Shown piece after piece: positions 41,601 through 56,800 of a DNA stretch of 64,000 bases. The stretch lies in NCBI GenBank assembly GCA_964016885.1, contig OZ024744.1, forward strand, positions 92,876,001-92,940,000. Direction: 5' to 3'. The DNA is from Eledone cirrhosa. Its lineage: Eukaryota. The number at the start of each line of letters is the position of its first letter. Within the stretch, counting starts at the first letter, position 1. Under the pieces are notes generated by a model. The model was not told where the DNA came from and ran no database searches. It saw only the letters and a list, made by a program, of their open reading frames with translations. The position numbers and the translations under genes are program-made.

Positions 41601-44600
41601 TCTTGATATCAACCTCTTGGTAGCAGCCTCTTGGTATCAACCTCTTGGTATCAATCTCTTGATATCAACCCCTTGGTATCAGCCTATTGGTATCAGTCTA
41701 TTGGTATCAGTCTCTTGGTATCAGTCTCTTGGTATCAGTCTCTTGGTATCGACCTCTTGGTATCGACCTCTTGTCATCAACCTCTTGGTAGCAGCCTCTT
41801 GGTATCAGGTTCTTGGTATCAGTCTATTGGTATCAGGCTGTTGGTATAACCCATTTGGTATCAGTCTCTTGATATCAACCTCTTGGTAGCAGCCTCTTGG
41901 TATCAACCTCTTGGTATCAGTCTCTTGGTATCAACCTCTTGGTATCAGCCTCTTGGTATCAGTCTATTGGTATCAGTCTCTTGGTATCAGTCTCTTTGTA
42001 TCAGTCTCTTGGTATCAACCTCTTGGTATCAGCCTCTAGGTATCAACGTTTTGGTATCAGTCCCTTGGTATCATCCTCTTTGTATCAGCCTCTTCGTATC
42101 TACCTCTTGGTATCAGTCTCTTGGTATCAACCTCTTGGTATCAACCTCTTGGTAGCAGCCTCTTGGTATCAACCTCTTGGTTTCAGTCTCTTGGTATCAG
42201 CCACTTGGTATCAACCTCTTGGTATCAGTCTCTTGGTATCAGTCTCTTGGTATCAGTCTCTTGGTATCAGTCTCTTGGTATCAGTCTCTTGGTATCAGTC
42301 TCTTGGTATCAGTCTCTTGGTATCAGCCTCTTGGTATCAGTCTCTTGGTATCAGTCTCTTGGTATCAAGCTCTTGGTATCACACTTTTGGTATCAGCCAC
42401 TTGGTATCAACCTCTTGGTATCAACCTCTTGGTATCAGTCTCTTGGTATCAGTCTCTTGGTATCAACCTCTTGGTATCAGTCTCTTGGTATCAACATCTT
42501 GGTATCAGCCTCTTGGTATCTACCTCTTGGTATCAACCTCTTGGTAGCAGCCTCTTGGTGTCAGTCTCTTGGTATCAACCTCTTGGTATCAGTCTCTTGG
42601 TATCAGTCTCTAGGTATCAGTCCCTTGGTATCAGTCTCTTGGTATCAGTCTCTTGGTATCAGTCTCTTGGTATCAGTCTCTTGGTATCAGTCTCTTGGTA
42701 CCAGTCTCTTGGTATCAGTCTCTTGGTATCAGTCTCTTGGTGTCAGTCTCTTGGTATCGACCTCTTGGTATCAGCCTCTTGGTATCAACCTCTTGGTATC
42801 AGTCTCTTGGTATCAGTCTCTTGGTATCAGTCTCTTGGTATCAGCCTCTTGGTATCAGACTATTGGTATCAGTCTCTTGGTATCAGTCTCTTGGTATCAG
42901 TCTCTTGGTATCAGTCACTTGGTATCAACCTCTTGGTATCAGTCTCTTGGTATCAGTCTCTTGGTATCAGTCTCTTGGTATTAGTCTTTTGGTATCAGCC
43001 TCTTGGTATCAGTCTCTTGGTATCAGTCTCTTGGTATCAGTCTCTTGGTATCAGTCTTTTGGTATCAACCTCTGGGTATCAGTCTCTTGGTATCAGTCTC
43101 TTGGTATCAGTTTCTTGGTATCAGTCTCTTGGTATCAGTCTCTTGGTATCAGTCTCTTGGTATCAGCCTCTTGGTATCAGTCTCTTGGTATCAGTCCTTT
43201 GGTGTCAGTCTCTTGGTATCAGTCTCTTGTTATCAACATCTTGGTATCAACCTCTTGGTATCAGTCTCTTGGTATCAACCTCTTGGTATCAGTCTCTTGG
43301 TATCAGTCTCTTGGTATCAGTCTCTTGGTATTAGCCTCTTGGTATCAACCTCTTGTTATCAGTCTCTTGGTATCGACCTCTTGGTATCAGTCTATTGGTA
43401 TCAGTCTCTTGGTATCAACCTCTTGGTATCAGTCTCTTACTATCAGTCTCTTGGTATCTGTCTCTTGGTATCACTCTCTTGGTATCAACCATTTGGTATC
43501 AGCTACATGGTACCAACCTCTTGGTATCAGCTTCTCGGTATCAACATCTTGGTATCAGCCTCTTGGTATCAGCCACATGGTATCAACCTCTTGGTATCAG
43601 TCTATTGGTATCAGTCTCTTGGTATCAACCTCTTGGTATAAGTCTCTTGGCATCAACCTCTTGGTATCAGTCTCTTGATATCAACCTCTTGGTATCAACC
43701 TCTTGGTATCAACCTCTTGGTATCAACCTCTTGGTATCCGCCACTTGGTATCAGTCTATTGGTATCAACCTATTGGTATCAGCCTCTTGGTATCAACCTC
43801 TTGGTATCAGCCTCATGGTATTAGACTCTTGGTATCAGCCTCTTGGTATCAGCCTCTTGGTCGCAGCCTCTTGGTATCAGCCTCTTGGTATCAGCCTCTG
43901 GGTATCAGTCTATTGGTATCAACCTATTGGTATCAGCCTCTTGGTATCAACCTCTTGGTATCAGTCTATTGGTATCAGTCTCTTGGTATCAAATTCTTGG
44001 TATAAGTCTCTTGGCATCAACCTCTTGGTATCAGTCTCTTGATATCAACCTCTTGGTATCAACCTCTTGGTATCAGCCACTTGGTATCAGTCTATTGGTA
44101 TCAACCTATTGGTATCAGCCTCTTGGTATCAACCTCTTGGCATCAACCTCTTGGTAGCAGCCTCTTGGTATCAGGTTCTTGGTATCAGTCTATTGGTATC
44201 AGGCTGTTGGTATAACCCATTTGGTATCAGTCTCTTGATATCAACCTCTTGGTAGCAGCCTCTTGGTATCAACCTCTTGGTATCAGTCTCTTGGTATCAA
44301 CCTTTTGGTATCAGCCTCTTGGTATCAGTCTATTGGTATCAGTCTCTTGGTATCAGTCTCTTTGTATCAGTATCTTGGTATCAACCTCTTGGTATCAGCC
44401 TCTAGGTATCAACGTGTTGGTATCAGTCCCATGGTATCAACCTCTTTGTATCAGCCTCTTCGTATCTACCTCTTGGTATCAACCTCTTGGTATCAACCTC
44501 TTGGTATCAACCTCTTGGTAGCAGCCTCTTGGTATCAACCTCTTGGTGTCAGTCTCTTGGTATCAACCTCTTGGTATCAGTCTCTTGGTATCAGTCTCTA

Positions 44601-47600
44601 GGTATCAGTGCCTTGGTATCAGTCTCTTGGTATCAGTCTCTTGGTATCAGTCTCTTGGTATCAGTCTCTTGGTATCAGTCTCTTGGTATCAGTCTCTTGG
44701 TATCAGTCTCTTGGTATCAGTCTCTTGGTGTCAGTCTCTTGGTATCGACCTCTTGGTATCTGCCTCTTGGTATCAACATCTTGGTATCAGTCTCTTGGTA
44801 TCAGTCTCTTGGTATCAGTCTCTTGGTATCAGCCTCTTGGTATCAGTATATTGGTATCAGTCTCTTGGTATCAGTCTCTTGGTATCAGTCTCTTGGTATC
44901 AGTCTCTTGGTATCAACCTCTTGGTATCAGTCTCTTGGTATCAGTCTCTTGGTATCAGTCTCTTGGTATCAGTCTTTTGGTATCAGCCTCTTGGTATCAG
45001 TCTCTTGGTATCAGTCTCTTGGTATCAGTCTCTTGGTATCAGTCGTTTGGTATCAACCTCTGGGTATCAGTCTCTTGGTATCAGTCTCTTGGTATCAGTT
45101 TCTTGGTATCAGTCTCTTGGTATCAGTCTCTTGGTATCAGTCTCTTGGTATCAGCCTCTTGGTATCAGTCTCTTGGTATCAGTCCTTTGGTATCAGTCTC
45201 TTGGTATCAGTCTCTTGGTATCAACCTCTTGGTATCAGTCTCTTGGTATCAGTCTCTTGGTATCAGTCTCTTGGTATCAGCCTCTTGGTATCAACCTCTT
45301 GTTATCTGTCTCTTGGTATCGACCTCTTGGTATCAACCTCTTGGTATCAGTCTCTTGCTATCAGTCTCTTGGAATCTGTCTCTTGGTATCAGTGTCTTGG
45401 TATCAGTGTCTTGGTATCAACCATTTGGTATCAGCTACATGGTACCAACCTCTTGGTATCAGCTTCTCGGTGTCAACATCTTGGTATCAGCCTCTTGGTA
45501 TCAGCCACATGGTATCAACCTCTTGGTATCAGTCTATTGGTATCAGTCTCTTGGTATCAACCTCTTGGTATAAGTCTCTTGGTATCAACCTCTTGGTATC
45601 AGCCTCTTGGTATCAACGTTTTGGTATCAGTCTCTTGGTATCAACCTCTTTGTATCAGCCTCTTCGTATCTACCTCTTGGTGTCAGCCTCTTGGTAGCAG
45701 CCTCTTGGTATCAATCTCTTGGTATCAGTCTCTTGGTATCAGTCTCTTGGAATCAGTCTCTTGATATCAACCTCTTGGTATCAACCTCTTGGTATCAACC
45801 TCTTGGTATCAAGCTCTTGGTATCCGCCACTTGGTATCAGTCTATTGGTATCAACCTATTGGTATCAGCCTCTCCGTATCAAACTCTTGGTATCAGCCTC
45901 ATGGTATTAGACTCTTGGTATCAGCCTCTTGGTATCAGCCTCTTGGTCGCAGCCTCTTTGTATCAGCCTCTTGGTATCAGCCTCTGGGTATCAGTCTATT
46001 GGTATCAACCTATTGGTATCAGCCTCTTGTTATCAACCTCTTGGTATCAGTCTATTGGTATCAGTCTCTTGGTATCAAATTCTTGGTATAAGTCTCTTGG
46101 CATCAACCTCTTGGTATCAGTCTCTTGATATCAACCTCTTGATATCAACCTCTTGGTATCAACCTCTTGCTATCAAGCTCTTGGTATCAGCCACTTGGTA
46201 TCAGTCTATTGGTATCAACCTATTGTTATCAGCCTCTTGGTATAAACCTCTTGGTATCAGCCTCATGGTACTAGACTCTTGGTATCAGCCTCTTGGTATC
46301 AGCCTCTTGGTATCAGCCTCTTGGTCGCAGCCTCTTTGTATCAGCCTCTTGGTATCAGCCTCTGGGTATCAGTCTATTGGTATCAACCTCTTGGTATCAG
46401 CCTCTTGGTATCAACCTCTTGGTATCAGTCTATTGGTGTCAACCTATTGGTATCAGCCTCTTGGTATCAACCTCTTGGTATCAGCCTCTTGGTATCAGCC
46501 TCTTGGTATCAACCTCTTGGTAGCAGCCTCTTGGTATCAGTCTCATGGTATCAGGCTCTTGGTATAACCCACTTGGTATCAGCCACTTGGTGTCAGTCTA
46601 TTGGTATCAACCTATTGGTATCAGCCTCTTGGTATCAATCTCTTGGTATCAACCTCTTGGTATCAGTCTCATGGTATCAGGCTCTTGGTATAACCCACTT
46701 GGTATCAGCCACTTGGTATCAGTCTATTGGTATCAACCTATTGGTATCAGTCTTTTGGTATCAGGCTCTTGGTATAACCCATTTGGTATCAGTCTCTTGA
46801 TATCAACCTCTTGGTAGCAGCCTCTTGATATCAACCTCTTGGTATCAATCTCTTGATATCAACCCCTTGGTATCAGCCTATTGGTATCAGTCTATTGGTA
46901 TCAGTCTCTTGGTATCAGTCTCTTGGTATCGACCTCTTGGTATCGACCTCTTGGCATCAACCTCTTGGTAGCAGCCTCTTGGTATCAGGTTCTTGGTATC
47001 AGTCTATTGGTATCAGGCTGTTGGTATAACCCATTTGGTATCAATCTCTTGATATAAACCTCTTGGTAGCAGCCTCTTGGTATCAACCTCTTGGTATCAG
47101 TCTCTTGGTATCAACCTCTTGGTATCAGCCTCTTGGTATCAGTCTATTGGTATCAGTCTCTTGGTATCAGTCTCTTTGTATCAGTCTCTTGGTATCAACC
47201 TCTTGGTATCAGCTTCTAGGTATCAACGTTTTGGTATCAGTCCCTTGGTATCAACCTCTTTGTATCAGCCTCTTCGTATCTACCTCTTGGTATCAGTCTC
47301 TTGGTATCAACCTCTTGGTATCAACCTCTTGGTAGCAGCCTCTTGGTATCAACCTCTTGGTATCAGTCTCTTGGTATCAGCCACTTGGTATCAACCTCTT
47401 GGTATCAGTCTCTTGGTATCAGTCTCTTGGTATCAGTCTCTTGGTATCAGTCTCTTGGTATCAGTCTCTTGGTATCAGTCTCTTGGTATCAGTCTCTTGG
47501 TATCAGTCTCTTGGTATCAGCCTCTTGGTATCACCCTCTTGGTATCAGTCTCTTGGTATCAGCCTCTTGGTATCATTCTCTTGGTATCAGTCTCTTGGTA

Positions 47601-47999
47601 TCAAGCTCTTGGTATCACACTTTTGGTATCAGCCACTTGGTATCAACCTCTTGGTATCAACCTCTTGGTATCAGTCTCTTGGTATCAGTCTCTTGGTATC
47701 AACCTCTTGGTATCAGTCTCTTGGTATCAAGCTCTTGGTATCACACTTTTGGTATCAGCCACTTGGTATCAACCTCTTGGTATCAACCTCTTGGTATCAG
47801 TCTCTTGGTATCAGTCTCTTGGTATCAACCTCTTGGTATCAGTCTCTTGGTATCAACATCTTGGTATCAGCCTCTTGGTATCTACCTCTTGGTATCAGTC
47901 TCTTGGTATCAGTCTCTTGGTGTCAGTCTCTTGGTATCAGTCTCTAGTTATCAGTGCCTTGGTATCAGTCTCTTGGTATCAGTCTCTTGGTATCAGTCT

Positions 48000-50900
48000 C
48001 TTGGTATCAGTCTCTTGGTATCAGTCTCTTGGTATCAGTCTCTTGGTGTCAGTCTCTTGGTATCGACCTCTTGGTATCTGCCTCTTGGTATCAACCTCTT
48101 GGTATCAGTCTCTTGGTATCAGTCTCTTGGTATCAGTCTCTTGGTATCAGCCTCTTGGTATCAGTCTATTGGTATCAGTCTCTTGGTATCAGTCTCTTGG
48201 TATCAGTCTCTTGGTATCAGTCTCTTGGTATCAGTCTCTTGGTATCAACCTCTTGGTATCAGTCTCTTGGTATCAGTCTCTTGGTATCAGTCTCTTGGTA
48301 TCAGTCTTTTGGTATCAGCCTCTTGGTATCAGTCTCTTGGTATCAGTCTCTTGGTATCAGTCGTTTGGTATCAACCTCTGGGTATCAGTCTCTTGGTATC
48401 AGTCTCTTGGTATCAGTTTCTTGGTATCAGTCTCTTGGTATCAGTCTCTTGGTATCAGTCTCTTGGTATCAGCCTCTTGGTATCAGTCTCTTGGTATCAG
48501 TCCTTTGGTATCAGTCTCTTGGTATCAGTCTCTTGGTATCAACATCTTGGTATCAACCTCTTGGTATCAGTCTCTTGGTATCAACCTCTTGGTATCAGTC
48601 TCTTGGTATCAGTCTCTTGGTATCAGTCTCTTGGTATCAGCCTCTTGGTATCAACCTCTTGTTATCAGTCTCTTGGTATCGACCTCTTGGTATCAACCTC
48701 TTGGTATCAGTCTCTTGCTATCAGTCTCTTGGTATCTGTCTCTTGGTATCAGTGTCTTGGTATCAACCATTTGGTATCAGCTACATGGTACCAACCTCTT
48801 GGTATCAGCTTCTCGGTGTCAACATCTTGGTATCAGCCTCTTGGTATCAGCCACATGGTATCAACCTCTTGGTATCAGTCTATTGGTATCAGTCTCTTGG
48901 TATCAACCTCTTGGTATAAGTCTCTTGGCATCAACCTCTTGGTATCAGTCTCTTGATATCAACCTCTTCGTATCAACCTCTTGGTATCAACTCTTGGTAT
49001 CAACCTCTTGGTATCCGCCACTTGGTATCAGTCTATTGGTATCAACCTATTGGTATCAGCCTCTTGGTATCAACCTCTTGGTATCAGCCTCATGGTACTA
49101 GACTCTTGGTATCAGCCTCTTGGTATCAGCCTCTTGGTCGCAGCCTCTTTGTATCAGTCTATTGGTATCAACCTATTGGTATCAGCCTCTTGGTATCAAC
49201 CTCTTGGTATCAGTCTATTGGTATCAGTCTCTTGGTATCAAATTCTTGGTATAAGTCTCTTGGCATCAACCTCTTGCTATCAGTCTCTTGATATCAACCT
49301 CTTGGTATCAACCTTTGGTATCAAGCTCTTGGTATCAACCTCTTGGTATCCGCCACTTGGTATCAGTCTATTGGTATCAACCTATTGGTATCAGCCTCTT
49401 GGTATCAACCTCTTAGTATCAGCCTCATGGTACTAGACTCTTGGTATCAGCCTCTTGGTATCAGCCTCTTGGTCGCAGCCTCTTTGTATCAGCCTCTTGG
49501 TATCAGCCTCTGGGTATCAGTCTATTGGTATCAACCTCTTGGTATCAGCCTCTTGGTATCAACCTCTTGGTATCAGCCTCTTGGTATCAGCCTCTTGGTA
49601 GCAGCCTCTTGGTATCAGTCTATTGGTATCAACCTATTGGTATCAGCTTCTTCGTATCAACCTCTTGGTATCAGCCTCTTGGTATCAGCCTCTTGGTATC
49701 AACCTCTTGGTAGCAACCTGTTGGTATCAGTCTATTGGCATCAATCTCTTGGTATCAGTCTATTGGTATCAACCTCTTGGTATCAGCCTCTTGGTATCAA
49801 TATCTTGGTATCAACCTCTTGGTATCAGTCTCTTGGTATCAGGCTCTTGGTATAACCCACTTGGTATCAGTCTCTTGGTATCAGTCTCTTGGTATCAGCC
49901 TCTTGGTATCTACCCCTTGGTATCAATCTCTTGGTATCCGTGTCTTGGTATCAGTCTCTTGGTATCAATCTCTTGGTATCAGCCTCTTGGTATCAGTCTC
50001 TTGGTATCAGTCTCTTGATATCAACCTCTTGGTATCAGTCTCTTGGTATCGACCTCTTGGTATCAACCTCTTGGTATCAGCCTCTTGGTATCAACCTCTT
50101 GGTATCAACCTCTTGGTATCAGTCTCTTGATATCAGTCTCTTGGTATCAACCTCTTGGTATCAGCCTCTTGATATCAACCTCTTGGTATCAACCTCATGG
50201 TACTAGACTCTTGGTACCAGCCTCTTGATATCTACTTCTTGGTATCAGCCTCTTGGTATCAGTCTCTTGGTATCAGTCTCTTGGTATCAACCATTTGGTA
50301 TCAACCTCTTGGTATCAGTCGCTTGGTATCAGTCTATTGGTATCAGTGTATTGGTATCAGGCTCTTGGTATAACCCATTTGGTATCAGTCTCTTGATATC
50401 AACCTCTTGGTAGCAGCCTCTTGGTATCAACATCTTGGTATCAGTCTCTTGGTATGAACCTCTTAGTATCAGCCTCTTGGTATCAGTCTATTGGTATCAG
50501 TCTCTTGGTATCAGTCTCTTGGTATCAGTCTCTTGGTATCGACCTCTTGGTATCGACCTCTTGGTATCAACCTCTTGGTAGCAGCCTCTTGGTATCAGGT
50601 TCTTGGTATCAGTCTATTGGTATCAGGCTGTTGGTATAACCCATTTGGTATCAGTCTCTTGATATCAACCTCTTGGTAGCAGCCTCTTGGTATCAACCTC
50701 TTGGTATCAGTCTCTTGGTATCAACCTTTTGGTATCAGTCTCTTGGTATCAGTCTCTTGGTATCAGTCTCTTGGTATCAGTCTCTTGGTATCAGTCTCTT
50801 GGTATCAGTCTCTTGGTGTCAGTCTCTTGGTATCAACCTCTTGGTATCTGCCTCTTGGTATCAACCTCTTGGTATCTGTCTCTTGGTATCAGTCTCTTGG

Positions 50901-53500
50901 TATCAGTCTCTTGGTATCAGCCTCTTGGTATCAGTCTATTGGTATCAGTCTCTTGGTATCAGTCTCTTGGTATCAGTCTCTTGGTATCAGTCTCTTGGTA
51001 TCAGTCTCTTGGTATCAACCTCTTGGTATCAGTCTCTTGGTATCAGTCTCTTGGTATCAGTCTCTTGGTATCAGTCTTTTGGTATCAGCCTCTTGGTATC
51101 AGTCTCTTGGTATCAGTCTCTTGGTATCAGTCGTTTGGTATCAACCTCTGAGTATCAGTCTCTTGGTATCAGTCTCTTGGTATCAGTTTCTTGGTATCAG
51201 TCTCTTGGTATCAGTCTCTTGGTATCAGTCTCTTGGTATCAGCCTCTTGGTATCAGTCTCTTGGTATCAGTCCTTTGGTATCAGTCTCTTGGTATCAGTC
51301 TCTTGGTATCAACATCTTGGTATCAACCTCTTGGTATCAGTCTCTTGGTATCAACCTCTTGGTATCAGTCTCTTGGTATCAGTCTCTTGGTATCAGTCTC
51401 TTGGTATCAGCCTCTTGGTATCAACCTCTTGTTATCAGTCTCTTGGTATCGACCTCTTGGTATCAACCTCTTGGTATCAGTCTCTTGCTATCAGTCTCTT
51501 GGTATCTGTCTCTTGGTATCAGTGTCTTGGTATCAACCATTTGGTATCAGCTACATGGTACCAACCTCTTGGTATCAGCTTCTCGGTGTCAACATCTTGG
51601 TATCAGCCTCTTGGTATCAGCCACATGGTATCAACCTCTTGGTATCAGTCTATTGGTATCAGTCTCTTGGTATCAACCTCTTGGTATAAGTCTCTTGGCA
51701 TCAACCTCTTGGTATCAGTCTGTTGATATCAACCTCTTCGTATCAACCTCTTGGTATCAACTCTTGGTATCAACCTCTTGGTATCCGCCACTTGGTATCA
51801 GTCTATTGGTATCAACCTATTGGTATCAGCCTCTTGGTATCAACCTCTTGGTATCAGCCTCATGGTACTAGACTCTTGGTATCAGCCTCTTGGTATCAGC
51901 CTCTTGGTCGCAGCCTCTTTGTATCAGTCTATTGGTATCAACCTATTGGTATCAGCCTCTTGGTATCAACCTCTTGGTATGAGTCTATTGGTATCAGTCT
52001 CTTGGTATCAAATTCTTGGTATAAGTCTCTTGGCATCAACCTCTTGCTATCAGTCTCTTGATATCAACCTCTTGGTATCAACCTTTGGTATCAAGCTCTT
52101 GGTATCAAGCTCTTGGTATCCGCCACTTGGTATCAGTCTATTGGTATCAACCTATTGGTATCAGCCTCTTGGTATCAACCTCTTAGTATCAGCCTCATGG
52201 TACTAGACTCTTGGTATCAGCCTCTTGGTATCAGCCTCTTGGTCGCAGCCTCTTTGTATCAGCCTCTTAGTATCAGCCTCTGGGTATCAGTCTATTGGTA
52301 TCAACCTCTTGGTATCAGCCTCTTGGTATCAACCTCTTGGTATCAGCCTCTTGGTATCAGCCTCTTGGTAGCAGCCTCTTGGTATCAGTCTATTGGTATC
52401 AACCTATTGGTATCAGCTTCTTGGTATCAACCTCTTGGTATCAGCCTCTTGGTATCAGCCTCTTGGTATCAACCTCTTGGTAGCAACCTGTTGGTATCAG
52501 TCTATTGGCATCAATCTCTTGGTATCAGTCTATTGGTATCAACCTCTTGGTATCAGCCTCTTGGTATCAATATCTTGGTATCAACCTCTTGGTATCAGTC
52601 TCTTGGTATCAGGCTCTTGGTATAACCCACTTGGTATCAGTCTCTTGGTACCAGTCTCTTGGTATCAGCCTCTTGGTATCTACCCCTTGGTATCAACCTC
52701 TTGGTATCCGTGTCTTGGTATCAGTCTCTTGGTATCAATCTCTTGGTATCAGCCTCTTGGTATCAGTCTCTTGGTATCAGTCTCTTGATATCAACCTCTT
52801 GGTATCAGTCTCTTGGTATCGACCTCTTGGTATCAACCTCTTGGTATCAGCCTCTTGGTATCAACCTCTTGGTATCAACCTCTTGGTATCAGTCTCTTGA
52901 TATCAGTCTCTTGGTATCAACCTCTTGGTATCAGCCTCTTGATATCAACCTCTTGGTATCAACCTCATGGTACTAGACTCTTGGTACCAGCCTCTTGATA
53001 TCTACCTCTTGGTATCAGCCTCTTGGTATCAGTCTCTTGGTATCAGTCTCTTGGTATCAACCATTTGGTATCAACCTCTTGGTATCAGTCGCTTGGTATC
53101 AGTCTATTGGTATCAGTGTATTGGTATCAGACTCTTGGTATAACCCATTTGGTATCAGTCTCTTGATATCAACCTCTTGGTAGCAGCCTCTTGGTATCAA
53201 CCTCTTGGTATCAGTCTCTTGGTATGGACCTCTTAGTATCAGCCTCTTGGTATCAGTCTATTGGTATCAGTCTCTTGGTATCAGTCTCTTGGTATCAGTC
53301 TCTTGGTATCGACCTCTTGGTATCGACCTCTTGGTATCAACCTCTTGGTAGCAGCCTCTTTGTATCAGGTTCTTGGTATCAGTCTATTGGTAGCAGGCTG
53401 TTGGTATAACCCATTTGGTATCAGTCTCTTGATATCAACCTCTTGGTAGCAGCCTCTTGGTATCAACCTCTTGGTATCAGTCTCTTGGTATCAACCTCTT
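48000..53500 (+). repeat. Tandem higher-order duplication of 2770 bp carrying two shared 1-bp deletions
   Basis: 13-nt monomers at 48983 and 49304 recur at 51753 and 52074. 2770 = 198x14-2. Matching ORFs: 48953/51723 and 49343/52113. Confidence 0.88.
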
Positions 53501-53899
53501 GGTATCAGCCTCTTGGTATCTGTCTATTGGTATCAGTCTCTTGGTATCAGTCTCTTTGTATCAGTCTCTTGGTATCAACCTCTTGGTATCAGCCTCTTGG
53601 TATCAACGTTTTGGTATCAGTCCCTTGGTATCAACCTCTCTGTATCAGCCTCTTCGTATCTACCTCTTGGTATCAACCTCTTGGTAGCAGCCTCTTGGTA
53701 TCAACCTCTTGGTATCAGTCTCTTGGTATCAGCCACTTGGTATCAACCTCTTGGTGTCAGTCTCTTGGTATCAGTCTCTTGGTATCAGTCTCTTGGTATC
53801 AACCTCTTGGTATCAGTCTCTTGGTATCAACCTCTTGGTATCAGCCTCTTGGTATCTACCTCTTGGTATCAACCTCTTGGTAGCAGCCTCTTGGTATCA

Positions 53900-56800
53900 A
53901 CCTCTTGGTATCAACCTCTTGGTATCAGTCTCTTGGTATCAGTCTCTTGGTATCAGTCTCTTGGTATCAGTCTCTTGGTATCAGTCTCTGGGTATCAACC
54001 TCTTGGTATCAGCCTCTTCGTATCTACCTCTTGGTATCAACCTCTTGATTGCAGCCTCTTGGTATCAAGCTCTTGGTATCAGTCTCTAGGTATCAGCCAC
54101 TTGGTATCAACCTCTTGGTATCAACCTCTTGGTATCAGTCTCTTGGTATCAGTCTCTTGGTATCAACCTCTTGGTATCAGTCTCTTGGTATCAGTCTCTT
54201 GGTATCAACCTCTTGGTATCAGTCTCTTGGTATCAACATCTTGGTATCAGCCTCTTGGTATCTACCTCTTGGTATCAACCTCTTGGTAGCAGCCTCTTGG
54301 TGTCAGTCTCTTGGTATCAACCTCTTGGTATCAGTCTCTTGGTATCAGTCTCTTGGTATCAGTCTCTTGGTATCAGTCTCTTGGTATCAGTCTCTTGGTA
54401 TCAACCTCTTGGTATCAGTCTCTTGGTATCAACCTCTTGGTATCAGTCTCTTGGTATCAGTCTCTTGGTATCAGTCTCTTGGTATCAGTCTCTTGGTATC
54501 AGTCTCTTGGTATCAACCTCTTGGTATCAACCTCTTGGTATCAGTCTCTTGGTATCAGTCTCTTGGTATCAGTCTCTTGGTATCAGTCTCTTGGTGTCAA
54601 TCTCTTGGTATCGACCTCTTGGTATCAGCCTCTTGGTATCAACCTCTTGGTATCAGTCTCTTGGTATCAGTCTCTTGGTATCAGTCTCTTGGTATCAGCC
54701 TCTTGGTATCAGTCTCTTGGTATCAGTCTCTTGGTATCAGTCTCTTGGTATCAGTCTCTTGGTATCAGTCTTTTGGTATCAGTCTCTTGGTATCAGTCTC
54801 TTCGTATCAACCTCGTGGTATCAGTCTCTTGGTATCAGTCTCTTGGTATCAGTCTCTTGGTATCAGCCTCTTGGTATCAGCCTCTTGGTATCAGTCTCTT
54901 GGTATCAGTCTCTTGGTATCAGTCTCTTGGTATCAGCCTCTTGGTATCAGTCTCTTGGTATCATTTTCTTGGTATCAGTCTTTTGGTATCAACCTCTGGG
55001 TATCAGTCTCTTGGTATCAGTCTCTTGGTATCAGTCTCTTGGTATCAACCTCGTGGTATCAGCCTCTTGGTATCAGCCTCTTGGTAGCAGCCTCTTGGTA
55101 TCAGTCTCTTGGTATCAACCTCTTGGTATCAGTCTCTTGGTATCAGTCTCTTGGTATCAGTCTCTTGGTATCAGTCTCTTGGTATCAGTCTCTTGGTATC
55201 AGCCTCTTGGCATCAACCTCTTGGTATCAGCCTCTTGGTATCAACCTCATGGTAGCAGCCTCTTGGTATCAGTCTATTGGTATCAATCTCTTGCTATCAG
55301 TCTATTGGTATCAACCTCTTGGTATCAGCCTCTTGGTATCAACCTTTTGGTAGCAGCCTCTTGGTGTCAGTCTCTTGGTATCAACCTCTTGGTATCAGTC
55401 TCTTGGTATCAGTCTCTTGGTATCAGTCTCTTGGTATCAGTCTCTTGGTATCAGTCTCTTGGTATCAGTCTCTTGGTATCAGTCTCTTTGTATCAACCTC
55501 TTGGTATCAGTCTCTTGGTATCAGTCTCTTGGTATCAGTCTCTTGGTATCAGTCTCTTGGTATCAGTCTCTTGGTATCAACCTCTTGGTATCAGTCTCTT
55601 GGTATCAGTCTCTTGGTATCAGTCTCTTGGTGTCAGTCTCTTGGTATCGACCTCTTGGTATCAGCCTCTTTGTATCAACCTCTTGGTATCAGTCTCTTGG
55701 TATCAATCTCTTGGTATCAGTCTCTTGATATCAGTCTCTTGGTATCAACCTCTTGGTATCAGTCTCTTGGTATCAGTCTCTTGGTATCAGTCTCTTGGTA
55801 TCAGTCTCTTGGTATCAGTCTCTTGGTATCAACCTCTTCGTATCAGCCTCTTCGTATCTACCTCTTGGTATCAACCTCTTGATTGCAGCCTCTTGGTATC
55901 AAGCTCTTGGTATCAGTCTCTAGGTATCAGCCACTTGGTATCAACCTCTTGGTATCAACCTCTTGGTATCAGTCTCTTGGTATCAGTCTCTTGGTATCAA
56001 CCTCTTGGTATCAGTCTCTTGGTATCAGTCTCTTGGTATCAACCTCTTGGTATCAGTCTCTTGGTATCAACATCTTGGTATCAGCCTCTTGGTATCTACC
56101 TCTTGGTATCAACCTCTTGGTAGCAGCCTCTTGGTGTCAGTCTCTTGGTATCAACCTCTTGGTATCAGTCTCTTGGTATCAGTCTCTTGGTATCAGTCTC
56201 TTGGTATCAGTCTCTTGGTATCAGTCTCTTGGTATCAACCTCTTGGTATCAGTCTCTTGGTATCAACCTCTTGGTATCAGTCTCTTGGTATCAGTCTCTT
56301 GGTATCAGTCTCTTGGTATCAGTCTCTTGGTATCAACCTCTTGGTATCAACCTCTTGGTATCAGTCTCTTGGTATCAGTCTCTTGGTATCAGTCTCTTGG
56401 TATCAGTCTCTTGGTGTGAATCTCTTGGTATCGACCTCTTGGTATCAGCCTCTTGGTATCAACCTCTTGGTATCAGTCTCTTGGTATCAGTCTCTTGGTA
56501 TCAGTCTCTTGGTATCAGCCTCTTGGTATCAGTCTCTTGGTATCAGTCTCTTGGTATCAGTCTCTTGGTATCAGTCTCTTGGTATCAGTCTTTTGGTATC
56601 AGTCTCTTGGTATCAGTCTCTTGGTATCAACCTCGTGGTATCAGTCTCTTGGTATCAGTCTCTTGGTATCAGTCTCTTGGTATCAGCCTCTTGGTATCAG
56701 TCTCTTGGTATCAGTCTCTTGGTATCAGTCTCTTGGTATCAGTCTCTTGGTAGCAGCCTCTTGGTATCAGTCTCTTGGTATCATTTTCTTGGTATCAGTC